From a virus (taxonomy: Duplodnaviria > Caudoviricetes): a DNA stretch of 63,879 bases. Location of the stretch: positions 1 to 63,879 of the IMG/VR virus record IMGVR_UViG_3300037088_000377, one strand, 5' to 3'. Shown piece by piece: positions 46,101 through 53,977 of the stretch. The notes under the pieces were generated by a model that ran no database searches, was not told the origin of the DNA, and was given only the letters and a program-made list of their open reading frames with translations. The translations under genes and the position numbers were made by a program. Numbering within the stretch: position 1 is the stretch's first letter; each line of letters starts with the position of its first letter.

Positions 46101-46210
46101 CCCTGCCGGGACTCGATGAAGTCTATGGCGTTCAGGAGTTCTGGGTTTCCGCTGATTTCTCGGTCTACAAGGGGTCCTATCATCCCGCCTTTGCTTTTGA
46201 TTCTAGGCAT
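43103..46210 (-). CDS. terL: Terminase large subunit with intein
   Basis: Q motif LYPIQ, Walker A AGRRAGKS, Walker B LALDEFAH, ISS coupling motif, RNase H-like GVDLG...DDMCDA. Confidence 0.92.
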   Translation of the reverse strand: MPRIKSKGGMIGPLVDREISGNPELLNAIDFIESRQGFNIKLYPIQRLIVKCIFAVPVDYNMGKVPMYDMFREKLLRIVSEEECLHILYEEGRALEVNEPIPTPNGFVKIGDLKIGDTVFSQDGKPTEVCWVQEPFMDDVYRVSFDDGTSVLAHGEHLWETSSFREKHARYLYGSKNRPVYYRSFSTKTTKELMSSLKIKYGKTLFSNHAIKLSNVIEMPPQALPIDPYFLGLWLGDGITLRPGITSADAETVEFLYQYAENLGLQVSPAGINKSAPVYYITTGKRGGDLSSREENPLLKAMNSLGLIGNKHIPDIYLWASASQRLALLQGLLDSDGGASKRGQVEFSNANQELSEGVYILAASLGIKPGWKEKPPPVVRHSIHDRKQRQYRVRWTSPLPVFRLSRKLALLVDTKPKSKSHFRYVTDIVPAGKALVRCISIKHPSGLFLFGKNFNVTHNCNIGDWRDIPEKGYNKACVIAGRRAGKSEVVAGCGGFKLYLLLNHKSPQEYFGLVPNSHIDFTFLAQDDSGSSRLYDKLREGVNRAPFFGPYLKSSSGSRLDFITEADRGKRDITPTINCESRPCTTNATRSPSNVFLALDEFAHFRSEKGSTSDEVYGAATPSCANFHHAELLDGTWISKETQALLESKDYREFQDSLILSISSPWTKVGKMYDLHRLALDKGESSDTFTMRVSTAEMNPGILPKFLRGAYEENPLTFRAEYGGQFLDSSESYVTESQIRACTDVQYTEEPFPKPILSTARLNLTSFHPSCIGRRYFWGVDLGMMNNATAVAIGHLEHRGGKNPIELVYDYIDRMMVGEKFEGPGVPILPGITKYVGYKALPIDDIIQWLRALNRVMPCFRGATDQHGGQQLIQNLELNDIKHVELVNITTAINSQMAFALKGYIDNLRCRFPFVPKFMDELRLVEAEFVGNYQIRVQAPEERGATDDMCDAVEEVAYVAQKWLIEEGGLKQDPSGSSLAIQEQMMKPAKPIVSLDDVSMQDLKFLERAHKIQMRLMMTPGTTVVKNPFYHRGRR
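44834..45931 (-). mobile_element. Class 3-type intein with LAGLIDADG endonuclease (366 aa)
   Basis: Starts ALEVNEPIPTPNGF; EHLW, VRCISI, VTHN/C; LGLWLGDG and LLQGLLDSDG. Confidence 0.9.
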
Positions 46211-46293
46211 AATCCTCCTACATATGGAAATCGTAGTAAAATCCCCGAAAAGAGGGTCGGACCGTTGTATACTATAGGTGAGGAGAAACCACT

Positions 46294-46626
46294 ATGAGCA
46301 AACTAAGCGAGATTCAGAAGGTGCTGGTTGATATCACTAAGGGCTGCCGCTCCGACATGCACGAGCCGGGCGAGCAGGGTTTGTACGGCGAGGTCTACGG
46401 CAAGTCTCTGGACAACGCCTGTTGTCCTCGTCTTAAGACCAGCAGGACGAAGGTCTTGGAGTACGCCGAGACTTGTGACCTGTTCGTGTCCTTGGTTCGG
46501 GGGCGGAGGACCGTCAATGTGAACCTGTGCGACCTCATCAACCTTGCCCGGCATGCCGACCCTAAGTTGCTGGAAGGACTGGAGTACCCGTGGCTAAAAG
46601 GAAAGAGTACTGCTACAATGGACTAG
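46294..46626 (+). CDS. Hypothetical early protein
   Basis: Directly behind the early-type promoter/RBS motif. Confidence 0.7.
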   Translation: MSKLSEIQKVLVDITKGCRSDMHEPGEQGLYGEVYGKSLDNACCPRLKTSRTKVLEYAETCDLFVSLVRGRRTVNVNLCDLINLARHADPKLLEGLEYPWLKGKSTATMD

Positions 46627-46723
46627 CTTACATGCGCCCTTGCGGCCGAGGCATCAATGGGGTGGCTCAGGACTATCAGAAGATTTTCGGCGGGACGGTC
46701 GTAAGGGCATACAGGAGGGGACG

Positions 46724-47146
46724 ATGAGGGCATCCAGAACGGATGACAGCCGCTTGCTCGACTACAGCGCTGTATCTAAATTTGATGGGATGAAGGGGCT
46801 GCAGAACCAGATTGCACGCAGGGTGGGGAAGCATGCGAACGGCATGACGGTTTCCCAACTGCAAAGATGGTTTGCGGCCACTCCCCCCGATTTTGTCCTG
46901 AACGCTATCCATGCCGCCGCCAGCAACGACATGGTAGTGCTGGACCACTTCCGGGTCAGGCGGGAGTCCAAGTCCGACATGACGCTCCTGCGGTACAAGC
47001 TGCCCTTGGTCCTCAAGGAGGTCCAGAACAACTTGCAGGAATGCCACCGGGACGACCCTGACCGCCCCTATGCTGCCGGGTATGCCGCCGCCATAACCGA
47101 CACCCTCGCCGCCATCGACAGCGGCAAGGTACCTGACGGATACTAG
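46724..47146 (+). CDS. Hypothetical protein
   Basis: AGGAGG RBS before MRASRTD. Confidence 0.65.
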   Translation: MRASRTDDSRLLDYSAVSKFDGMKGLQNQIARRVGKHANGMTVSQLQRWFAATPPDFVLNAIHAAASNDMVVLDHFRVRRESKSDMTLLRYKLPLVLKEVQNNLQECHRDDPDRPYAAGYAAAITDTLAAIDSGKVPDGY

Positions 47147-47169
47147 TACCGAGCAATGCGGAGGCTCTA

Positions 47170-47436
47170 ATGCCCTACATCAAGCTATGGCTCAAGGCGG
47201 AGGGAACCAACAAGCGCCCACGCACCATGGTCCTTGAACTCATCGGGGAGACCCCCCAGTTCTACCACGGCCGCAAGGTGAACCGCTTCGGCGAGGACAA
47301 CAGCTTCATGCGCAAGGACGGGGTCGTGGTGGACTTGCAGGAGCTTATAGACAAGGCTCTGGTAACCAAGACCAAGGCTCTGGAGATGAACAGGAAGCAC
47401 GGCTGGCTGGTCGCCAAGGAGGAGAAAAGCTCCTAG
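47170..47436 (+). CDS. Hypothetical protein
   Basis: GGAGG RBS; 88 aa. Confidence 0.65.
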   Translation: MPYIKLWLKAEGTNKRPRTMVLELIGETPQFYHGRKVNRFGEDNSFMRKDGVVVDLQELIDKALVTKTKALEMNRKHGWLVAKEEKSS

Positions 47437-47522
47437 CGGTGTGCCCGGCGAGACAGCCTGTGCTGGCAGTAATCGACCAGCATGCACCCCACGAACATGA
47501 TTGTGACGAATAGAACGACCAT
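47433..47522 (-). CDS. 29-aa single-pass membrane micro-protein
   Basis: MVVLFVTIMFVGCMLVDYCQHRLSRRAHR, with a GAGGAG RBS and a late-type promoter. Too short for the ORF track. Confidence 0.5.
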   Translation of the reverse strand: MVVLFVTIMFVGCMLVDYCQHRLSRRAHR

Positions 47523-47698
47523 AAACTCTCCTCTTCCATATATGGTCGTTAAAGTCTTTTGTTTCAAGTATTTAATAATTCATTGAAAATTCTCAAATCA
47601 GGGGACAAATAGTCTGGATGAGATTGTGCATCTGGTGCTAAAAATCCTTTCCAAAAACCAATTTTCCGATGTATAATATAGGTGGAGGGAAAAACACT

Positions 47699-48001
47699 AT
47701 GGCAAAGATGACCAAAGAAGCGGTTGCTAGCAAAATTGCAGGGCTCGTAGCCAAGGCAGACGAGGAGGCGATAGTGAAGATGAGTTCCGACGAACGCAAG
47801 CAAGTCATCGCCGCCGCCAAGAGTTTGATTGCCGCCGATGATGCCGCCGAGACCAAGGCGGTTGCAGAGGGGCGGCAGGGGCTTACCGACGAAGAACTTG
47901 CAGCTCTTGGGTATATTGAGTATGACGGGGGCACATGGGGTCTTCCCATATCTGACCGTGTAGCGATGCTACTCGTAGAAGAAAGCAAGGCGGGGAGATA
48001 G
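47699..48001 (+). CDS. Hypothetical early protein
   Basis: Early promoter motif at 47641-47690. Confidence 0.7.
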   Translation: MAKMTKEAVASKIAGLVAKADEEAIVKMSSDERKQVIAAAKSLIAADDAAETKAVAEGRQGLTDEELAALGYIEYDGGTWGLPISDRVAMLLVEESKAGR

Positions 48002-48003
48002 TC

Positions 48004-48405
48004 GTGAATGACAAGACTTTAAAAGTACGCATCCAGTTTGACCCCGAGTGCTGGCCCAAGAGTACTTACGGCGGCAGGGGGACAGAGTACCATTTATGGT
48101 ATGAGCAACCCACCCCTCCGCCTCCTGCCCTACGAGATGTAGCCATCCCCGCCCTGATGAAAATTAAGCGAAGAGTTGAGCCTTTCCAGAAGTGGTGGAG
48201 GGACCTTTCTGAATTTGACCCCTCACTCAAGGGATGGAAGCTGGTAGGAAACGGGAACATGCCAACCAGCATCCTTATCCCCGGAGAAAGGCCAGCAAAG
48301 AGTGACCTTAAGCTGGCAATGGCCTTGGCCGCTCTATCTGGTCCCGACCCCGACGACAAGTTTAATGACGTGGACCCGCATCCAGGAAGCCTTGACCTAC
48401 CATGA
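48004..48405 (+). CDS. Hypothetical protein
   Basis: GTG start, in operon; 133 aa. Confidence 0.6.
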   Translation: MNDKTLKVRIQFDPECWPKSTYGGRGTEYHLWYEQPTPPPPALRDVAIPALMKIKRRVEPFQKWWRDLSEFDPSLKGWKLVGNGNMPTSILIPGERPAKSDLKLAMALAALSGPDPDDKFNDVDPHPGSLDLP

Positions 48406-48830
48406 AGCCCAAGACCGAGCGATATCTCGCCAAGCTGTCCGCCCGACTGGAGGGCGAGTACCTTGCCGTGCGTGCCCTGCACTTCGGCAACCTCCCGGCG
48501 TGGAAGGTAGCGATGCGGGCGGCTGGCTCCAAGTTCCCCCGCAAGAAGAATCCTTCCAAAAAGTAAGCCTCCCGATGTATAATAGTAATGAGGAGATGCC
48601 TATGCTCGAACCAGAAGCCCCAAGCCCGGTGACCGTCTTGTCTACAGGCTAGGAGACATAGAAGTGGCACAGGGCATCGTGAAGAAGCCCCATTGGGCGG
48701 CGTTCACCATCCTGTGGGACGACGAGATAGAGCAGGTAGTCAGCTACAACGAGGCTCACTACATCGAAAAATTTTAAGAATCCTTGGGATTTCTCCCCGC
48801 TTTGATGTATATTATAGGTGGATGGACACG

Positions 48831-49181
48831 ATGAATCCACAATCACAACGGGTAACAGTCAAGCCAGTCGGCAAACGCAGTGTCGGGCGTCCTCACTGTG
48901 CTCTATGTGGGCATGTTCAGAGAACCAATGAGATAATATGCCCTAACGGTTGTTTCTGGAACCTGATAGGTTGGACTGGGTATAGAGGAACGGACGGTGT
49001 CACCGTGTTTACCGACCACCGGGCGCTCTCGCTCGCCAAGATGCACCGCTGGAACCCCGAGACGAGGCGCAGGAGCGCCAAGTCCTTCCCCAAGATTGTC
49101 GCGGCTGCGGCCATTCTTGGCTGGTCTGGAAATAATTCTAGTCCGTCGCAGCCGACATTCTTTGACCCGGAGGAGTTCTGA
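48831..49181 (+). CDS. Zn-ribbon hypothetical early protein
   Basis: CALC...CPNGC; promoter motif upstream. Confidence 0.6.
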   Translation: MNPQSQRVTVKPVGKRSVGRPHCALCGHVQRTNEIICPNGCFWNLIGWTGYRGTDGVTVFTDHRALSLAKMHRWNPETRRRSAKSFPKIVAAAAILGWSGNNSSPSQPTFFDPEEF

Positions 49182-49364
49182 TGGCAAAGCGAAGAAAGAG
49201 CAAAGAAAATGCGCCCCTGCGGGCACATTCAGGACCATAAAATTGAAGAACAAGAGTGGTCACGTATTCACGGTGGAACAGGTGAAGGCGTTTGCCCTCA
49301 AGAGTTACCCCGAAGCCATCTTCATCGAGACTTACGAGCAGTTCACCGGAAAGGCGGTGTAGCA

Positions 49365-49622
49365 ATGAAAATCTTCGTGACGAAGTACGCCCTGTCGGAG
49401 GGCATCTTGGAAGCGGAAGCCGAGGACCTAAACCCCGCGTACAAGGACATGGTGATAGTCAAGGGCGTGCCAGGAAAGACCTATGACCAGTACTTCCACG
49501 GCGAAGGCAAGAACTGGCACCGTGACATACAGAGCGCCCGTGCTCGTGCGGCCAAGATGGTCGTCAGTAAGATTATCAGCCTCAAGAAGCAGATTTCAAA
49601 ATTGGAAGCTATCGTATTCTAA
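49365..49622 (+). CDS. Conserved phage hypothetical protein
   Basis: MKIFVTKYALSEGI...W...A...M...KI.SLKKQI.KLE pattern. Confidence 0.7.
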   Translation: MKIFVTKYALSEGILEAEAEDLNPAYKDMVIVKGVPGKTYDQYFHGEGKNWHRDIQSARARAAKMVVSKIISLKKQISKLEAIVF

Positions 49623-49646
49623 ACCTTTGACTGACGGAGGATAACC

Positions 49647-49877
49647 ATGTCAGAAACAAAAGAATGCCCCCATGATGTAATGGGAAAGTACCTTGTGGCT
49701 CAGGGAACCCTTGGTCATTCTACCGGCTATCTTGCCTGTGAGGAATGCCTCACCAATACTGACTTCAAGACCCATCCCGGCTGGAAGGAACGGCTGGCGA
49801 CACGGGATAAGAGAGCAGAGCAGCTTAACCCCAACCTCGGTCGGACTCCTGCAGATGTGGTCACGGTCGTCGAATAA
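49647..49877 (+). CDS. Hypothetical protein
   Basis: GGAGG RBS; CPH...CEEC. Confidence 0.6.
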   Translation: MSETKECPHDVMGKYLVAQGTLGHSTGYLACEECLTNTDFKTHPGWKERLATRDKRAEQLNPNLGRTPADVVTVVE

Positions 49878-49900
49878 CTCTCTGATAGGAGAAGGCACCT

Positions 49901-50122
49901 ATGGCAGAAAAGGGAACCCAGTTTGACACCATGCTGGCACAGGCAAAGAAGCTTGTCGTCCTGATGGAACAGCGGGAGTTCGGCTGCCTCACGTGGCACC
50001 AGATGATTAACGAGGGGATGAACGAACTCAACATCATCTACTATGAAAGGGAGTTTGAGGAGGAAAGCCCCGGCGTTGCCTCCCATAGGTTAGACATGGT
50101 TGGGGACCCTCGCCAAGAGTGA
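49901..50122 (+). CDS. Hypothetical protein
   Basis: AGGAG RBS; 73 aa. Confidence 0.55.
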   Translation: MAEKGTQFDTMLAQAKKLVVLMEQREFGCLTWHQMINEGMNELNIIYYEREFEEESPGVASHRLDMVGDPRQE

Positions 50123-50137
50123 CCGGCTCCTACATCG

Positions 50138-50401
50138 TTGCCGAGGGATAAAATGAGATGGAGGAATAAAATGAAATGGAGAACTTCAAGACCAGAGTAT
50201 GTGCATCATCCTGTCCAGGATGAACGGCAAGAGCGGATGGTGTTTGCCTTTCTCCCTAAAAAGTGTATAGATGGTTACACCCGTTGGCTCTGCAATCTGG
50301 TTGTAGAAGAACGTTATTTTGAATGGCCAAACACATGTGGTATGGCCCCTTACTGGCAAAAAGAGCGATATCGTCCGGCGAGGGGACTGGGGGTGGAATG
50401 A
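50138..50401 (+). CDS. Hypothetical protein
   Basis: FAFLP...RWL motif; the true start is probably the internal MKW. Confidence 0.55.
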   Translation: MPRDKMRWRNKMKWRTSRPEYVHHPVQDERQERMVFAFLPKKCIDGYTRWLCNLVVEERYFEWPNTCGMAPYWQKERYRPARGLGVE

Positions 50402-50593
50402 CCGACTCAGGTTTTTACAAGCCCGAGAACCATTCCTATACGGAGAACCCGACCTACACGGGACCCGGATGCTGCCACTGCGGCAAGCCTTTGGAGGCTC
50501 ACCCGCAGGGCAAGAAAGAATCCCCCCAAAAACTCTCGTGACCGGTGTATACTATAGGTGGAGAGAGATTCAAATCTTTGAGGAGACCTTCTG

Positions 50594-51232
50594 ATGCAAA
50601 TCAAGCAAATGGACCGCACGACCGTAAAACTTTTGAGCGATGCCATCAATGCCGCCCTCCAGCCCCTCGCCGTGCAGTACGGCGTTAACATCAAGCGTGG
50701 AAGCGCTTCCTTCACCGACCAGAATTTCACCCTTAAGGTTGAGGTCGCCGTAATCGGTGCTGGCGGCGTGGCTGTCAGCAAGGAAGTCACTGACTTCAAG
50801 CGTTATGCCGAGTTCCAAGGGATGAAGGCGGACGACTTCGGCAAGACTGTCAGCATCAGCGGCAAGCTCTATACCATCGCCGGGTATCTGGTGCGCAGCA
50901 CCCGCAACCCCATCCTCGTGAAGGATGTGAAGGGCAAGTCGTGGCGGATGCCCCTCCACTTGGTGACCGAGGCTCTGGACAAGGTTCGGAGTCCATCAAA
51001 AAATAAGGTTACGATTACCGAAGCCACGCTGGACAAGGTAATGCCTCGGACGAATCCGAGCATGCCATCTTTGGAGAAATTCAGCAAGCGGGGTGTTGCA
51101 GGCGAGAACGACGAAGGTTCACGCCAAGAGATGGCTGACGACAACCAGTACGGCTGGGTGGCTAATATTATTCACAATATCGACAACGGCAAGGCGGAAG
51201 CTGATGAGCGCGACGCCAAAAGGACCCCATGA
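50594..51232 (+). CDS. Hypothetical early protein
   Basis: Early promoter at 50518-50565 and GAGGAG RBS. Confidence 0.7.
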   Translation: MQIKQMDRTTVKLLSDAINAALQPLAVQYGVNIKRGSASFTDQNFTLKVEVAVIGAGGVAVSKEVTDFKRYAEFQGMKADDFGKTVSISGKLYTIAGYLVRSTRNPILVKDVKGKSWRMPLHLVTEALDKVRSPSKNKVTITEATLDKVMPRTNPSMPSLEKFSKRGVAGENDEGSRQEMADDNQYGWVANIIHNIDNGKAEADERDAKRTP

Positions 51233-51501
51233 GGATCTTTCTGTTAAAGCGTAATGAAGATGTCCACGGGATGAGCGGCACAGGGATTGTTGCCGAGGGC
51301 GTCCAATTTAGGGATGGCGCAGTGGTGATGCGCTGGCTCGGGGACGAGCCGACCTTCGAGATATTGAAGGACATCGGGGCGGTGGCATACCTTCATGGGC
51401 ACGGGGGGAAGACCGTGGTGGTGTGGCTTGAGACATCCTTTGCCGTCGAGGCTACGAACAGCTTTATGACCGTGGACCTGGCATTAAAGAAAACAGGATA
51501 G
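51229..51501 (+). CDS. Conserved phage hypothetical protein
   Basis: R.EDV.G.SGTG.VAEGVQF.DG...RW...HGHGG.T motif. Confidence 0.75.
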   Translation: MRIFLLKRNEDVHGMSGTGIVAEGVQFRDGAVVMRWLGDEPTFEILKDIGAVAYLHGHGGKTVVVWLETSFAVEATNSFMTVDLALKKTG

Positions 51502-51521
51502 AATGGAATGGAGCGATTGTT

Positions 51522-52976
51522 ATGAGGTCATATAAAGTAAAAGAGCCTCTTGAAAGGTACGCTCTCGCTCAGATGTATGCGCAAGGGGGTGACATCAAGG
51601 AGTTGTGCCAACGCTATAGCATATCTCCGCGCACACTCAGGCGGCTGACGCAACGAGAGGGATTTAGCAGGAGGAAACAAATATATGAAGGTTCAAAACC
51701 TTACATTGGACCTGCTTGGCGCTTTGATGCGCTTGCCGAAGAAGAGAAGGAAGCGGAAAGGCTGGTTACCGATACCATCTCGATTATGGAGGGGCACGAA
51801 AGGATGACGACCAGCGAGCTTGTCCAAGGGCTCCGGGCGCTGCCTACCTCGCCCTGGCGGACGTACCGGGGCAGCGGCATCACCGACGATGCCTCAGGAG
51901 CCATGCTCCTAGCCAGCCTCCTCAAACACTTTGGGGTTAGACCGAAGACCATCAGGGTCAAACCCAAGGGTGAGGCGAACTCCACGGCCAAAGGCTACAG
52001 ATACGCTGACCTCATCGTGGGTGCAGAGGAGGCGGGGCTGCCGCTTGTGGGTAAGGAAGCGGTTGCACGGCTCAAGACAACTCTTCCTTCCCTCCCTGAC
52101 CCTTCCCGCAATGAGGAAATTGCCCGACGCTATGCCACAGGAGAACCGTCCAGAAAGCTGGCAAAAGATTACCATCTCACAGTCAACTCTATCCGTAGGA
52201 TTTCAAAGAACGCCGGGGTCGCCCCGCATAAAAGGGGTCCTCAATCTCACCACCTGAAATTGAATGAAACAGAAAGAGACAAGCTCGTTGCTGAATACCT
52301 TGCTTGCCGCAATGCTTCCGAGGTAGCGGCAAAGAACGGTGTCTCACTCAATGCCGTATACCGTGCAGCGTGGAGCAAGGGGATATCAACAGAAGGTAGG
52401 CAAATCCGTTCCCGTGATAGATTCATGGAGATTGTTGAGGATTACAAGCTCGGTCTGACGGTAGAGCAAATAATGGCAAAGAGAGACCTCTGTTACACGA
52501 GCGTATACCAGCATCTTTATCGGGTGGGAATCAAGAGAGCGAGAACTGACCATGACATGGAAATGAAGATGCAGGATGCAGTAATCATAGGGGGATTCCG
52601 TTCTGGAAAAGACCAAGGTATGCTGATGGAAGATACGGGATTGACAAGGAGTTGCATTCAAAAACTCTTGCATAAGGCCGGAGTGACTCACAAAGAACTT
52701 ATTGACTCTAATTGGAGAGAGAAGGACAGATTGGGATGCCTACAATCCATAGACAGAAGAGGGATTTTTTGGAAAGAAAGGGAGAGACTGGTAGAACTAC
52801 AAGTTAGGGAAGCGGTGTCTAAGGTTCAATCGGTTCCTGATTTGGTGGTTCAGCCTGCCTCCATATCCGAGCCGACATCTTTCTCGGAGGTCAAGTCAAC
52901 CCCCATATCGACCCCATGGTACAAGAGATTGACCGACCTCGTGTTCAAGACCGTTAGTTCGGAACCTCGACCTTAA
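51522..52976 (+). CDS. Multi-HTH DNA-binding protein with a DUF3631-like domain
   Basis: About five short HTH units plus TSELVQGL...SPWRTY...LASLLKHFGVRPKTIR...KGY. Confidence 0.65.
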   Translation: MRSYKVKEPLERYALAQMYAQGGDIKELCQRYSISPRTLRRLTQREGFSRRKQIYEGSKPYIGPAWRFDALAEEEKEAERLVTDTISIMEGHERMTTSELVQGLRALPTSPWRTYRGSGITDDASGAMLLASLLKHFGVRPKTIRVKPKGEANSTAKGYRYADLIVGAEEAGLPLVGKEAVARLKTTLPSLPDPSRNEEIARRYATGEPSRKLAKDYHLTVNSIRRISKNAGVAPHKRGPQSHHLKLNETERDKLVAEYLACRNASEVAAKNGVSLNAVYRAAWSKGISTEGRQIRSRDRFMEIVEDYKLGLTVEQIMAKRDLCYTSVYQHLYRVGIKRARTDHDMEMKMQDAVIIGGFRSGKDQGMLMEDTGLTRSCIQKLLHKAGVTHKELIDSNWREKDRLGCLQSIDRRGIFWKERERLVELQVREAVSKVQSVPDLVVQPASISEPTSFSEVKSTPISTPWYKRLTDLVFKTVSSEPRP

Positions 52977-53748
52977 GCTCATGGTCGGCGATGACCATGA
53001 TATCCTCCCCAAAGTATGGTCCCTGACCCTTTACCTCAATCGTATGCTGACCTACCGAGAGCCTAAAGCTCTTTAGCTCACCGGTATACCCAGCAAGGGC
53101 CTTGTCGATGAAGATGGAGTCGCCCTCGGTACGGCTTATGACCTTGACCGTCCCCGTGTCCTCTTTCTCAGCCGGGGTAAGGGCTATCTGCCGCTCCGGA
53201 TGGGCATCGTCCTTGGCATAGTAGGTGTCGTTCTCAACGACAATGTAAATGGAGTCGTCATAGTCCCAGTAATATGGCCAGACCTCATATGGCCAAGCAG
53301 AAAAACCCCAGTATAGCCCCCCATACCAGAAGTGCGGACGACCGCCCCATCCCCAGCCCCCATATCCAAGATACGGATGGGAATGCCACGGATGAAACGA
53401 GTGCCCCTGTCCAAAATAGGCGTTGTAATGGTTCTGTGGGATGCGGTAGGACCTGCCGGACGGGTTGTATCCACGCTGGCCTTCCCCGTCTCGGTTCCCT
53501 TGGTAGGCTTGCCCTCCCCGGTTGCCTTGGTGAACCTGACCGCCCCGGACTTCCTCATGACCGCCACGGACCTCGCCAGAATGCCCCGCAAGTGCCCCAG
53601 AATGCCCTCCTGAAGGCGCTGAGGACGTTACCGCCCCTCTGCCCCCTCCCGAAGAACCACCGCCGTGCGAGCCACCGCCGTGCTGGGAAGCAAACATTGG
53701 TACACAAAGACTTAGGAACAAAATTAGACTAAGTGTCTGGATTCTCAT
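52954..53748 (-). CDS. Secreted Gly/His- and Trp/Tyr-rich protein with a C-terminal PEGA-like domain
   Basis: Signal peptide MRIQTLSLILFLSLCVPMFA; GTVKV......IFID....G........LSVGQHTIEV. Confidence 0.7.
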   Translation of the reverse strand: MRIQTLSLILFLSLCVPMFASQHGGGSHGGGSSGGGRGAVTSSAPSGGHSGALAGHSGEVRGGHEEVRGGQVHQGNRGGQAYQGNRDGEGQRGYNPSGRSYRIPQNHYNAYFGQGHSFHPWHSHPYLGYGGWGWGGRPHFWYGGLYWGFSAWPYEVWPYYWDYDDSIYIVVENDTYYAKDDAHPERQIALTPAEKEDTGTVKVISRTEGDSIFIDKALAGYTGELKSFRLSVGQHTIEVKGQGPYFGEDIMVIADHELKVEVPN

Positions 53749-53977
53749 TGAGATTCCTCCATACTATCCCAATACGGGACTTTAGATTGTTTTGACGTTC
53801 TGCAACCAGAATAGGTTGCGTGTGCATTGTAAAGAGTGCGTTACCGCTACCCCTATGCGGGGAGCTTGGTGTTGCGTTCATCCCTAGACCAGCAATTCAA
53901 ACGTATGCAGTCTTACCGTGGTACTGCATCACAGCCGGTAGAAATCCCTATCCCCCAACTTTGCTTATTTTAGAGTC

